From positions 3,840,001-3,872,000 of the forward strand of contig OZ245049.1 of assembly GCA_965224465.1 (NCBI GenBank): a DNA stretch of 32,000 nucleotides, written 5' to 3'. Under the pieces are notes generated by a model that saw nothing but the letters and a program-made list of their open reading frames with translations, made no database searches and was not told the DNA's origin. This DNA is from Flavobacteriaceae bacterium. Lineage in GTDB: Bacteria; Bacteroidota; Bacteroidia; Flavobacteriales; Flavobacteriaceae. Numbering within the stretch: the stretch's first letter is position 1; each line of letters opens with the position of its first letter. Made by a program: the position numbers and the translations under genes. Positions 17,701 to 27,995 of the stretch are shown piece by piece.

Positions 17701-17741
17701 AAAAAAGAAGATCGATAGTCAAGACTATCGATCTTCTTTTT
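17701..17741 (-). terminator. Strong (bidirectional-capable) rho-independent terminator after nagB
   Basis: The perfect 14-bp stem gaagatcgatagtc/gactatcgatcttc (17707-17720 and 17723-17736) is flanked by aaaaaa and ttttt. It lies 17 nt downstream of the nagB stop at 17758. Confidence 0.88.
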
Positions 17742-17757
17742 ATCAAAACAAAATTAA

Positions 17758-19674
17758 TTAATAATGGTGTCTTTTAAAGGCTTCGATAGCTTCATAATCA
17801 GCCAATCCAAGGTTGTGATATTCTCTTGCTGTTTCGGTATTTCTCTCTTCTGCACGTACCCAGAACTCTCGGGTGTCATCGCCTTGAAACATCACGCCGT
17901 CTTTTTGTGTTTGATGGAAAAATATAGCGCGACGTTTTTTTAATACTTGATCTGGGCTCATAGGGACAGCCATGTCTATTTGATGGGTATCCCATTCATG
18001 CCAGGCGCCTCGGTACAACCACAGCCAACAATTGTCCATGAATGCTAATGGTTTTAGAATTTTTAAGGCTTCAAAAATGGCATCTAAACACGTTTTATGA
18101 GTGCCATGAGGATCTGCTAAATCTCCAGCAGCATAAATTTGATGCGGTTGTATTTCTTTAATTAAATCAGTAATAATTTTTATGTCCTGAGCGCCTAAAG
18201 GGTTTTTTTTGATAGTTCCTGTTTCGTAGAATGGTAGGTTTAAGAAATGTACATTTGTGTCTGGTACATCTAAATACCTTGTGGCTCCAAAGGATTCATA
18301 TTTACGAATTTCTTTTTTTAAATTTCTTACTTCAGTAGGGTCTACGGTATTGTTTTCTTGCTGTTTTAATACATTGGTTAGGTGCTGGGCTTGTTGGTTT
18401 TGTGGGGCGATACTTTGGAGGACTTCTGCAAATTTTAAGGCGTCGCTGTTGCTAACGGCTATGTTTCCAGAAGTTTGGTATGCTACGTGTACTTCGTGTC
18501 CTTGTTGAACCAACCTGTCAAAGGTGCCTCCCATAGATATTACGTCATCATCTGGGTGTGGGCTAAAAATAATGATTTTCTTTTTTGCGGGTAAGGCGCG
18601 TTCCGGTCTTTTGGAGTCGTCCGAATTTGGTTTGCCTCCAGGCCAGCCTGTGATGGTATGCTGAAGTTTATTGAACATGATGATGTTTAAATCATAGGCA
18701 TTGCGACCATTATTGGTGAGCAAACTAGACATTCCATGTTCGTTGTAATCTTTGTCTGTAAGTTTTAAAATAGATTTTTTTGTTAATACACTTAACCAAA
18801 CAATGGCTTTACTTGTCAATTCTTGATTCCAAATACACGGACCAACTAGCCATGGCGTTTTAATTCTTGTTAAATCCTCTGCTGCTTCATGGTTTAATAT
18901 AAAGCTGGTGTTTGGGTGTTCTTGTAAATAAGTAGCAGGAATATCTGAGCTAATTTCGCCTTCTATTGTTTTTTTAATGATGGATGCTTTATTGTTTCCC
19001 CATGCTAATAGTACAATTCTTTTTGCGTGTTTAACAGTGCCAATTCCCATGGTAATGGCTTTTTTAGGGACATTGTTGATGCCTAAAAAACTGGGTGCGG
19101 CATCGGCTCTTGTTAAATGATCTAAAGTAATGCTTCGAGTACTTGAATTGTAATGGGACCCAGGCTCGTTAAAGCCGATGTGTCCTGTACGTCCAATACC
19201 TAGTAATTGAAAATCCAATCCGCCGTATTCTTTTATTTTTAATTCATAATCTATACAGTATTGATGTAGCTCAGAAGGAGGGATTTGACCATCTGGGATA
19301 TTGATGTTTTCTGGTTTTAAGTCGATGTGATTGAACAAATGTTCGTGCATAAAATAATGGTAACTATGTACACTATCCTTTGGCATTGGAAAATATTCAT
19401 CCAAGTTAAAGGTGACGACGTTTTGAAAACTAAGTCCTTCTTTTTTGTGTAAACGAACGAGTTCTTCATATACTTTTATAGGGGAAGATCCTGTAGCGAG
19501 TCCTAGAACACAGGGTTTGTTTTGAGCTTCTTTTTCCCGTATGAGTGCAGCAATTTCTTGAGCCACAATAATGGATCCTGTAATGGAATCTTTTGCTATA
19601 ATGTTATGGATTTTTTCGAACCTAGTTTCTTCGAATTGTCCAGCAGGTTGGTGTTGAAAGCTGTTGCTGTTCAT
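17758..19674 (-). CDS. nagB: Long-form glucosamine-6-phosphate deaminase/isomerase with a C-terminal LmbE/PIG-L-like (putative deacetylase) domain
   Basis: The N-terminal half has the NagB motifs LGLATGSSP, FNLDEY and GIGRTGHIGFNEPGS. The C-terminal half has the LmbE-type metal motif FSPHPDDDVISMGGT and DPHGTHKTC. The protein is 638 aa. Confidence 0.88.
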   Translation of the reverse strand: MNSNSFQHQPAGQFEETRFEKIHNIIAKDSITGSIIVAQEIAALIREKEAQNKPCVLGLATGSSPIKVYEELVRLHKKEGLSFQNVVTFNLDEYFPMPKDSVHSYHYFMHEHLFNHIDLKPENINIPDGQIPPSELHQYCIDYELKIKEYGGLDFQLLGIGRTGHIGFNEPGSHYNSSTRSITLDHLTRADAAPSFLGINNVPKKAITMGIGTVKHAKRIVLLAWGNNKASIIKKTIEGEISSDIPATYLQEHPNTSFILNHEAAEDLTRIKTPWLVGPCIWNQELTSKAIVWLSVLTKKSILKLTDKDYNEHGMSSLLTNNGRNAYDLNIIMFNKLQHTITGWPGGKPNSDDSKRPERALPAKKKIIIFSPHPDDDVISMGGTFDRLVQQGHEVHVAYQTSGNIAVSNSDALKFAEVLQSIAPQNQQAQHLTNVLKQQENNTVDPTEVRNLKKEIRKYESFGATRYLDVPDTNVHFLNLPFYETGTIKKNPLGAQDIKIITDLIKEIQPHQIYAAGDLADPHGTHKTCLDAIFEALKILKPLAFMDNCWLWLYRGAWHEWDTHQIDMAVPMSPDQVLKKRRAIFFHQTQKDGVMFQGDDTREFWVRAEERNTETAREYHNLGLADYEAIEAFKRHHY

Positions 19675-19764
19675 AGTTAAGTTGGTTTATTTGGACGGTT
19701 GATACTAAATGTAGTTCAAATAGCTGTAGTCTATGATTTATTTCGACAAATAACACGAATGAAA

Positions 19765-19799
19765 CAACAAACGAAACTTTTTGAAGGTTTCGTTTGTTG
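19765..19799 (-). terminator. Intercistronic hairpin (possible attenuator or terminator) between susD and nagB
   Basis: The 13-bp perfect stem caacaaacgaaac/gtttcgtttgttg has a 9-nt loop. The trailing U-tract on the minus strand is weak. Confidence 0.45.
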
Positions 19800-19822
19800 A
19801 ATTGTTTTGATAATGGCGTATT

Positions 19823-21403
19823 TTAAAAGTTACTTCCAGGTGTATCCCACCACAAACGGGTTCCTCCAGTATCTGGACCCGATAAAAATTGAACCGCCTT
19901 TGTTACATTTTTGAGGTTGGTGTTTTTTTCGCTATTTACAAAGTTGATGCGTCTTATTTGAATGTCGGTATCTATAGTTCCTCCGCTTTTATTGATAACT
20001 ACGGGGAAAACTCTAGGGTATCCTGTTCTTCTAAATTCGCTCCAAGCTTCTTGTCCATCAGGAAACATGGCAATCCATTTTTGAGTGATTATTTGTTCTA
20101 ATTGTGCTTCTTGAGAGGCTGTATTGTCGTAGGCTATTTTTACTTCGCTTGGGTAGGCGATGTTATTGGCATCATTTAAAGCATCTACAAAATCAGCAGG
20201 AGTTTTTGTAGTGTCTGTGAGGTAAGTAGCCACACCTTTTACTCCGTGTTGCTCAAAAGATGCAGTAACTCCAGCTTCGTAATGCATTTTTGCATCGGAG
20301 GCTCCAGTCCAGTTTCTCAAGGCTGCTTCTGCTTGTAAGAAATGCCCCTCTGCAACAGTCATCCATGTAATAGATTCTGTATCTACAATTTCGCCAATAG
20401 ATGAATGTGCGCCGTATTGACTTTTGTCTGTAATGGCTATTCCCATACGGATTCCTTTGTAAGCTCCATTTAAAGTAGGGTCTTCTGCAGGGTTAAAATA
20501 CACCTCTATTCTTCCATCTTCATATCCTTTTAAGATAGATTCCATTTCTGCACTCATGCAGATATCTCCCCAAGAGCCGCTAATGGTAGCTACAGGGTGT
20601 GGAAATCCAGTATTAACTACAACATCTGTGGTTAAAAAACCTGCGTCACTTGCCAATGATAATTCACCTTGTGTTTGTGCTAAGGTTGGATCAATTTTAG
20701 AAACTCTTAAAGCCAATCGCAGTCTTAAAGTATTGGCAAATTTACGCCATTCAGCAATGTTTCCCTTAAAATTAGTTTTGTCAAAGGGAACAAATTGTGT
20801 GTCGTTTTCAAATGCTTTTAAAGCGATGATTGCAGCGCCTAATTCATCAAAAAATGTATGGTAGACAATGTTTTGTGTGTCGTATTCTCCTGTGGTTGCG
20901 TAATCGTTAAATTTAGAATAGCGAATAGGACCAAATACATCTGAAATTCGATGCATAGCGGTTACTTTTATGATGTTTGCTAAGTGTACAAATTTGATTC
21001 CTGATTTGTAACCAGAAAGAGCGACTTTGTCTTCGATGTCTTTAACACTAGGCATGATAGTTCCTACGTTGTATGCGTCTCCCCATATAAAACCATTCCA
21101 TCCATTTACCAATGCGTAGGTCATGTTGTTTACATTTCCTGCAAAAGGAGTAGGAGGGGTCATGTATCCAGAGTAGACATCACCATTTAAACCTTGTTGT
21201 AGTTGATAGTTCCATGGAGGTGTAGCGTTGACAACGTTTAAAAACATGTTTTCAAATTTACTACCAATATGGTTGTTCATTTGGGTTAAACTTTTATCTG
21301 TAATCCCGTATGGATCTGTATTGATGCTTTCAAAATTATCTGTACAGTTAAAGGTGCTTACTATAAGGATTGAAGCGGCTATATATTTATAAAATTTATT
21401 CAT
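19823..21403 (-). CDS. susD: SusD/RagB-family nutrient-binding outer-membrane lipoprotein
   Basis: It has a lipoprotein signal (ILIVSTFNC). It lies immediately downstream of susC with a 4-nt gap. Its size (526 aa) and TPR-like helical composition are typical of the family. Confidence 0.88.
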   Translation of the reverse strand: MNKFYKYIAASILIVSTFNCTDNFESINTDPYGITDKSLTQMNNHIGSKFENMFLNVVNATPPWNYQLQQGLNGDVYSGYMTPPTPFAGNVNNMTYALVNGWNGFIWGDAYNVGTIMPSVKDIEDKVALSGYKSGIKFVHLANIIKVTAMHRISDVFGPIRYSKFNDYATTGEYDTQNIVYHTFFDELGAAIIALKAFENDTQFVPFDKTNFKGNIAEWRKFANTLRLRLALRVSKIDPTLAQTQGELSLASDAGFLTTDVVVNTGFPHPVATISGSWGDICMSAEMESILKGYEDGRIEVYFNPAEDPTLNGAYKGIRMGIAITDKSQYGAHSSIGEIVDTESITWMTVAEGHFLQAEAALRNWTGASDAKMHYEAGVTASFEQHGVKGVATYLTDTTKTPADFVDALNDANNIAYPSEVKIAYDNTASQEAQLEQIITQKWIAMFPDGQEAWSEFRRTGYPRVFPVVINKSGGTIDTDIQIRRINFVNSEKNTNLKNVTKAVQFLSGPDTGGTRLWWDTPGSNF

Positions 21404-21407
21404 TTTC

Positions 21408-24400
21408 TTAGAAGTTTACGTTAATATTAAAACCAATGCTACGTGTAGATGGTTGTCCGTAGATATCTACCCCTTGGAGTCCAATCCCTGTACTGGAGGC
21501 TATATTTGGATCAAAAGGTGCGTCTTTGTAAATAAAGAATAGGTTGTTTGCAATAAGAGAGAAACGTAGATTTTCTACAAATGGACTTGGGTTTTTAATT
21601 GTATATCCTATAGCTACTTCTGCCAAACGAATATTGGTGGCATCGTATACGTATTCTCCTAATAAACCTGCTCTACCAGCAACTTGACTATAGTAATTAT
21701 AGGCAGTAATTTGATTGGTTCCATTGCTAGAAGCAACGTTAATCATTCCTCCATTTCTGCTTCGCGCATCTGCTGTGGCTTGTGAAACGCCATAATAATC
21801 GTTGATGGCTTCTGTAACACTTAATACTTCTCCTCCAATTTTCGCGTCAATTAAGAAGTTTAAGGATAGATTTTTGTATTCAAAATTATTATTCCATCCC
21901 AATGTCCAGTCAGGTTGTGCAAAACCTACGGTTTCAAAATCGGTTCTTTGCAAGGTGCCATCATTATTTAAAATAGGCAATCCATCGGCATTTCTAACTA
22001 AAGATTGTGCTTGAATACTTCCGAAATTTTCTCCTTCTACCAAAGAGAATCTGTATCCGTTTACTCCAGCTTCCGTTAAAATAGCTCCGCTTTCTGTCAA
22101 AGAAGGATGTACAGAAACCACCTTATTTTTATTGGAAGCAAAGTTAAAGATGGTATTCCAGTTAAAGATATCTCCAACAATTGGTTTTCCATTTACGGTC
22201 AATTCAATTCCTGTATTTGAAATTTCTCCTGCATTTACTATGTTTTTAATATATCCATACGGATTGGGCTCTGCTTGGATGTAAAATATTTGATTGGTGG
22301 TTTTTGTATTGTAATAGGTGAAATCAATTCCTAACCTACTCTCAAACAAGCGCCATTCGGTTCCTATTTCGTATGAGTTTTGTTTTTGAGGCTCTAATGT
22401 TTCTCCGTTTAAAGGGGCAAAGGGAGCGGCTACTACTCCGTTGTTTACCAATGGGATTCTATTTAATGGTATGGTAGCATACGTAGGAATGTCGTTTCCA
22501 ACAATAGCATAAGATCCTCTAATTTTTGCAAAGGACACAAAATCTGGCATTTCAAATACTTCACTAAGTAGGGCTGTTACACCAATGGAAGGATAAAAAA
22601 AGGATAGAGAATTGGTGTTTACTAAAGTTGAAGACCAGTCATTACGTCCAGTTATATCTAAGAAATACTTGTTTTTATAACCTAAGTTTATGGATCCAAA
22701 TACAGATTGTAGTTCGCGGTTTCCTACGGATTGTTGGATGTCGTTTGTGGATAAGAAATTTTGAATATTAAATTGGTTGGGGTATTTTAAGCCTCCAAGT
22801 CCTGAATCAAAATGTATTTGATCTCCTATTTTGTATTTTGTTAAACTTGTTCCAAATATAATTCCAATACTTAGATCTTCTGAGGCTTGGGTATTGTAGT
22901 TGGCGATAAAATCTAGGTATTGTTGCGTGTTTTCTGTTTTTTCAAACAAGTACCGCCCCGTACTAGGAACTAAGTTTTGATCTGAACCAGCATACATTCT
23001 TTTGTCAAAAGTGAAAAATGATTTGTCAATACTCGCCCTAGATTGAAGAGATAAGTCCTCTGTTAATTGGTATTTTATAGAAACATTTACGAATACTCTT
23101 TGAGCAATATCTTTGGTAGGATTGCGGTGAATTAACCAATAAGGGTTTTGTTGAATGTTCTCATTAAAAGACGTACGGTATTGATCCATCATGTTTGTTT
23201 CTGGATTAAAATATTCGAAGTTTTTATAAGTATCCAAATTAATTCCGACAGGATTTAAATAAACTCCAGTAAGTGTGTTTGAATACAGTCCGTTCCCAGG
23301 CTTGTTCCAAATACGTTGATCGGATAAATTAACACCTGCTGAAACTTTAATTTTATCATTTAAAAATAAGGTGCTTTCTTTGATATTGATATTGTTACGT
23401 ATCATTCTGTTTTCGGGCATTACTCCTTCGGCATACGTGTTTGCATAAGAAAGATAGGTTTGTGCTTTCTTTGTTCCAGCATTTAAGGAAAAAGATTGTG
23501 TAGATGTATATCCAGTATTAAAAAAATCTTTGGCATAGTCGTTTCTTAAACCGGGTGTTTTTGCTCCCCATGATCTTGCGTCGTCAATTGTTCCGTTAAT
23601 GCCTGTTTTTTGTCCTACAGATGTAGATTGGTATTGCGATTGTAGCTTAGGTAGTGATAATACATTGTCAAAAGTAAGCCCTGAACTGATGTTCACAGAT
23701 AGTTTTCCGTCTTTTCCGCTTTTTGTAGTGATTAAGATAACGCCATTAGCTCCTTGGCTACCGTACAGTGCTGCTGCAGATGCCCCTTTTAAAACAGAGA
23801 TGCTTTCAATGTCATCTGGGTTTATTAGCGATAATGCGTCTCCTCCATCCCTGTTTCCTGTGTGTCCACCAAAGATACTTGTTCCAGCTTCTTCTCCGTT
23901 GGATCCGTTTCCGCTGTTGAGCATTGGGATGCCATCAATTACATACAAGGGGTCGTTATTTACGGTGGAAGCATTCCCCCTCAATACCACTTTGGACGCA
24001 CCTCCTAAGCCCGAAGAACTTTTAGTGATTGTAAGTCCTGCTGTTTTTCCTGATAAACTATTGATAGGATTGGTTTGTTTAACACGTGTAAGAGCGTCTC
24101 CTTTTATTTCTTGTGCGGAGTAAGTCAATGCTTTTTTCTCCTTTTTCATACCGAGAGCAGTCACAATAACTTCACTTAAACTTTCTGCATCATCCAATAA
24201 TACGATGTTTATTTTGTTTGCATCTCCTATGGTAATCGATGCTGATTTCATTCCCATATAAGAGAATATTAAGAGGTCTCCTCTAGAGGCTTCAATAGAG
24301 AAGTTGCCATCAAAATCGGTTTCACTTCCTCTTGTAGTTCCTTTAATTAAAATATTTACACCAGGCAATGGTGAACCATCTGATTTTGAGGTTACCACTC

Positions 24401-24485
24401 CGCTAATCATACGGTTTTGTGCCTGTGTGTTTTGTACACTAATAAGTGAGACAATTAGGATTAATAATGGAATTAATTTTTTCAT
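21408..24485 (-). CDS. susC: SusC/RagA-family TonB-dependent outer-membrane transporter
   Basis: After a signal peptide it has a CarboxypepD_reg-like N-terminal domain (ISGVVTSKSDGSPLPGVNILIKGTTRGSETDFDGNFSI). It also has a TonB-box/plug region (EVIVTALG) and a C-terminal aromatic beta-barrel end (IGFNINVNF). The protein is 1025 aa. Confidence 0.93.
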   Translation of the reverse strand: MKKLIPLLILIVSLISVQNTQAQNRMISGVVTSKSDGSPLPGVNILIKGTTRGSETDFDGNFSIEASRGDLLIFSYMGMKSASITIGDANKINIVLLDDAESLSEVIVTALGMKKEKKALTYSAQEIKGDALTRVKQTNPINSLSGKTAGLTITKSSSGLGGASKVVLRGNASTVNNDPLYVIDGIPMLNSGNGSNGEEAGTSIFGGHTGNRDGGDALSLINPDDIESISVLKGASAAALYGSQGANGVILITTKSGKDGKLSVNISSGLTFDNVLSLPKLQSQYQSTSVGQKTGINGTIDDARSWGAKTPGLRNDYAKDFFNTGYTSTQSFSLNAGTKKAQTYLSYANTYAEGVMPENRMIRNNINIKESTLFLNDKIKVSAGVNLSDQRIWNKPGNGLYSNTLTGVYLNPVGINLDTYKNFEYFNPETNMMDQYRTSFNENIQQNPYWLIHRNPTKDIAQRVFVNVSIKYQLTEDLSLQSRASIDKSFFTFDKRMYAGSDQNLVPSTGRYLFEKTENTQQYLDFIANYNTQASEDLSIGIIFGTSLTKYKIGDQIHFDSGLGGLKYPNQFNIQNFLSTNDIQQSVGNRELQSVFGSINLGYKNKYFLDITGRNDWSSTLVNTNSLSFFYPSIGVTALLSEVFEMPDFVSFAKIRGSYAIVGNDIPTYATIPLNRIPLVNNGVVAAPFAPLNGETLEPQKQNSYEIGTEWRLFESRLGIDFTYYNTKTTNQIFYIQAEPNPYGYIKNIVNAGEISNTGIELTVNGKPIVGDIFNWNTIFNFASNKNKVVSVHPSLTESGAILTEAGVNGYRFSLVEGENFGSIQAQSLVRNADGLPILNNDGTLQRTDFETVGFAQPDWTLGWNNNFEYKNLSLNFLIDAKIGGEVLSVTEAINDYYGVSQATADARSRNGGMINVASSNGTNQITAYNYYSQVAGRAGLLGEYVYDATNIRLAEVAIGYTIKNPSPFVENLRFSLIANNLFFIYKDAPFDPNIASSTGIGLQGVDIYGQPSTRSIGFNINVNF

Positions 24486-24716
24486 AAGCTTGAATTGTAT
24501 TAATAATTTTTGATTGTTAAATCTATAAAGTTAAGGTTTTTCCGAAAAAGAAAATCTATATACGGTAATAAAATACATATAGATGACGTCTTTTTATGCA
24601 TGAAATACAATATTGTTTTAGGGGTAGGTAATTAGGAAGTGATATATTTTGTATTCATTAAAAAATAGCCTATTTTTCAGGAAATATATAGTTTTCTAAT
24701 CTAGTTTTTTTGTAGA

Positions 24717-25757
24717 ATGAAGGGTTTTAAAAACACAAGTGCTGTAATTCCTAGGAAGTATCATATCCTTTTTTGGCTTGGATATTTTTTATTTAATGTA
24801 GTGAGGTGGGGAAGTTATTTTGACGATTATTGGTATTCTTTAAAATCTAATTTGGTAGAGTTTCCCTTGCATATTTGTGTTGTATATGTAAATATTTATT
24901 GGTTGATTCCTTATCTGATTGTCAAAAAAAAATACAGGACATATATATTGGCATTGCTTGGGTTGTTTGCAATAGTGTATGTGGTGAGGACGGGGCTTAA
25001 TTATGTGTTAGTAAGTCAACAGATTTGGCCAGAAGCGCAAGGGGTACAGGAAGCATTTACTTTTAATCACTTGGTAGCGGTGGTGCTCGGGGAGTTGTAT
25101 GTACTAACGTTGGCAACGACCATAAAATTAACGTATGATTGGGTGTTTGAGTTAAACAGGTCTAAAGATTTGAAAAAAGGACAATTGCAAATGGAGTTGG
25201 ACTTATTGAAATCTCAAATACAACCTCATTTTTTTTTCAATACATTAAATAATTTATATGCCCTTACATTGACAAAGTCGGATGTGGCCCCAAGTGTGGT
25301 TCTTAAATTATCGGATATTATGCAATATGTATTGTACGAGGTAAAAGAGCCTAAGATTAACCTGTACGATGAGGTGAGATATGTGCAAAATTATTTAGAT
25401 TTGGAACGTTTAAGGTATGGAGGTAGGATTGAAACATCTATTGAGATTCAGGGAGATATTGAAGGGGTAATGGTGCCGCCATTGTTGTTTTTGCCGTTTA
25501 TAGAAAACTGCTTTAAACATGGTGAATATGGCGAAGATCCAATGATGGTTAAGATTTATTTTAAAAATAACAATGACGGTTTTTTATATTTCAGGGTGGA
25601 AAATTCATGTCATGAAATTGCAAATAGTTCTCGGAAAAAAGGGATTGGGATTCAAAATGTAACACGTAGATTAGAACTATTGTTTACAGATGATTTTGAA
25701 TTGACAAGTTGCATTATTGATCGTGTGTATTGTGTGAGTTTAAAATTACCTGTGTAA
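24717..25757 (+). CDS. Membrane sensor histidine kinase, LytS/YehU-type (His_kinase PF06580-like)
   Basis: The N-terminal half is multi-TM. The H-box LKSQIQPHFFFNTLNNLY and an HATPase-like C-terminus with GIGIQNVTRRLELLF follow. Confidence 0.88.
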   Translation: MKGFKNTSAVIPRKYHILFWLGYFLFNVVRWGSYFDDYWYSLKSNLVEFPLHICVVYVNIYWLIPYLIVKKKYRTYILALLGLFAIVYVVRTGLNYVLVSQQIWPEAQGVQEAFTFNHLVAVVLGELYVLTLATTIKLTYDWVFELNRSKDLKKGQLQMELDLLKSQIQPHFFFNTLNNLYALTLTKSDVAPSVVLKLSDIMQYVLYEVKEPKINLYDEVRYVQNYLDLERLRYGGRIETSIEIQGDIEGVMVPPLLFLPFIENCFKHGEYGEDPMMVKIYFKNNNDGFLYFRVENSCHEIANSSRKKGIGIQNVTRRLELLFTDDFELTSCIIDRVYCVSLKLPV

Positions 25758-25766
25758 CCTTTTTGA

Positions 25767-26501
25767 ATGGATAAACAAATGAATGTAAAATGTATTATAA
25801 TTGATGATGAGCCTTTAGCGAGTACTATAATTGAAAAATATTTAGAAGAGTTCCCAATGATAGAATTGGTAGGAGTGTATACGGCTGCGATGGCTTCTGT
25901 ACCGATACTTGAGGAAGGGAAAGTAGACCTTGTTTTCTTAGATATTAATTTACCTAGGATGACAGGGTTGGAATTTCTTCGTACGCTTCAAGTAAAGCCA
26001 TTGGTGGTGATTACAACTGCATATCGAGAATATGCCGTGGAGAGTTTTGATTTAGATGTGTTGGATTATTTGGTAAAACCGATTCCTTTGGGGCGGTTTT
26101 TAAAATCGGTTAATAAAGTGTTGGCTCGCTTAAAAATAACAAGAAAAAAAGACCATGATTTGACAATGAAAACGTTTCCTTATATTTTTTTAAAGGTAGA
26201 TAAGAAACTTGTGAAATTTAGATTTAATGACATCCTTTTTATAGAGAGTTTGAAAGATTATATAAAAGTGTGTACGCGTACAGGAGATTATTTGATACAT
26301 AAATCCATGATTAGTATTCTGGAGGAACTTCCAGAAGATAACTTTATGCGGGTTCATCGTTCTTTTGCTATTGCTTTAAATAAAGTAAATAGTGTTGAAG
26401 GAAATACCGTTGAAATAGCCAATCAACGCATTCCAATAGGACGTAATTATCAGCAGATAACCAAACAACGGATTTTAAATACCAAGGAAGTTTATAGTTA
26501 G
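25767..26501 (+). CDS. LytTR/LytR-AlgR-family response regulator
   Basis: The receiver domain (IIIDDEP...DLVFLDINLP...TAY) is followed by a LytTR DNA-binding domain (ILFIESLKDYIKVCT...MRVHRSFAIALNKV). It sits 9 nt after the kinase gene. Confidence 0.92.
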   Translation: MDKQMNVKCIIIDDEPLASTIIEKYLEEFPMIELVGVYTAAMASVPILEEGKVDLVFLDINLPRMTGLEFLRTLQVKPLVVITTAYREYAVESFDLDVLDYLVKPIPLGRFLKSVNKVLARLKITRKKDHDLTMKTFPYIFLKVDKKLVKFRFNDILFIESLKDYIKVCTRTGDYLIHKSMISILEELPEDNFMRVHRSFAIALNKVNSVEGNTVEIANQRIPIGRNYQQITKQRILNTKEVYS

Positions 26502-26674
26502 AATTTGTGATTTTAGTTTTTAAAAATGGAGTTGGTCTAAAAAAAAAGACTGTTAAGCGAGTACCTATTGTTATATAGCGGAAAAAAAGCAATTAAGACT
26601 AAGAAATGTAGTACTTTAGAAATTGAATTATTTTTATAAAAAAATAAGAAATTCATTTAACTAAAACATACTAT

Positions 26675-27994
26675 ATGTCAACTTCATCAAGTAATCCCCC
26701 TATTAATACGACCATTCCAATTATCATTATTGCAGGACTCTTCTTTGTCTTCGGTTTTGTTACTTGGATAAATGGAGCATTGATTCCTTTTATGAAAACC
26801 ATTAACGAACTTACAGATGCACAATCGTATCTAGTAGCTTCCGCTTCTTATATTTCATTTGTCGTAATGGCGCTTCCAGCATCTTATATTCTTGGGAAGA
26901 TTGGGTATCGCAAAGGAATGTCTTTGGGCTTGTTTGTGATGGCCATAGGTGCTTTAATTTTTATTCCAGCTGCTGAAGCAAGAACGTATTGGTTGTTTTT
27001 ACTCGCTATTTTTATTCAGGGAGTGGGAATGACTTTGTTGCAAACAGCATCCAATCCATACATTACCATTTTAGGTCCTATTAAAAGTGCTGCCAAACGA
27101 ATTGCGATAATGGGAATTGCTAATAAAGTAGCAGGTGCCTTAGGTTCGTTTATTTTTGGAGCAATTTTATTGTCAGGTATTGATGAGGTTAGAGCGCAAT
27201 TAAACGTAGTATCTTTAGAAGAGAAAAACACCATTTTAAATACTATGGCAGATAGTGTGGTAACTCCATATTTAGTAATGTCAGCAGTGTTAGCAGTATT
27301 AGCAATTTTAATTTTACGCGCACCATTGCCTCATGTGGAAGCAGCGCCAATTGAAGAAGGAAAAGATGGAGCTTCTGTAAAAACAAGTATTTTTCAATTC
27401 CCTCATTTATGGTTGGGAGTTTTGGCACTGTTCTTATACGTAGGAGTAGAAGTAGTTGCTGGAGATACAATTATTGCTTACGGAATTTCCCTAGGGTTTC
27501 CTGCCTCTGTTGCAAAAGGATATACAGCGTATACATTAATGGCTATGGTAGCGATGTATGGTTTGGGAGTGTTTTTGATTCCTAGATATGTGAGTCAGTC
27601 ATTGGCGTTGAAAGTGTCAGCTGTACTTGGTATTATTTTTACTTTTTGTATTGTGTTTACCACAGGATTTACATCTGTTTTATTTGTTGCAGCTTTAGGA
27701 TTGGCAAATGCATTGGTTTGGCCTGCAATTTGGCCTTTGACACTTGAAGGTTTGGGAAAATTCACAAAAACAGCTTCTGCTTTGTTGATTATGGCTATTG
27801 CTGGTGGTGCTATTATTCCTCCTGCTTATGGGAAAATAGTAGATATTAATAAGGCAAGTCTAGTCGCGGAAGGGATGACGGAAGCCGCAGCTACCATTCA
27901 AGCAGCAACTGGAGGGTATTGGATCTTATTACCTTGTTATTTGTTTATTCTATACTATGCTATATATGGACATAAAATGGGTTTAAATAAATAA
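26675..27994 (+). CDS. nagP: MFS sugar permease of the glucose/galactose/fucose (FucP/GluP) family, likely an N-acetylglucosamine permease (NagP-like)
   Basis: It has 12 predicted TM helices and an N-terminus (FFVFGFVTWINGALIPFMK) typical of TC 2.A.1.7 transporters. The substrate is inferred only from the neighbouring nagB, susCD and nagX-like genes. Confidence 0.8.
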   Translation: MSTSSSNPPINTTIPIIIIAGLFFVFGFVTWINGALIPFMKTINELTDAQSYLVASASYISFVVMALPASYILGKIGYRKGMSLGLFVMAIGALIFIPAAEARTYWLFLLAIFIQGVGMTLLQTASNPYITILGPIKSAAKRIAIMGIANKVAGALGSFIFGAILLSGIDEVRAQLNVVSLEEKNTILNTMADSVVTPYLVMSAVLAVLAILILRAPLPHVEAAPIEEGKDGASVKTSIFQFPHLWLGVLALFLYVGVEVVAGDTIIAYGISLGFPASVAKGYTAYTLMAMVAMYGLGVFLIPRYVSQSLALKVSAVLGIIFTFCIVFTTGFTSVLFVAALGLANALVWPAIWPLTLEGLGKFTKTASALLIMAIAGGAIIPPAYGKIVDINKASLVAEGMTEAAATIQAATGGYWILLPCYLFILYYAIYGHKMGLNK

Positions 27995-27995
27995 A

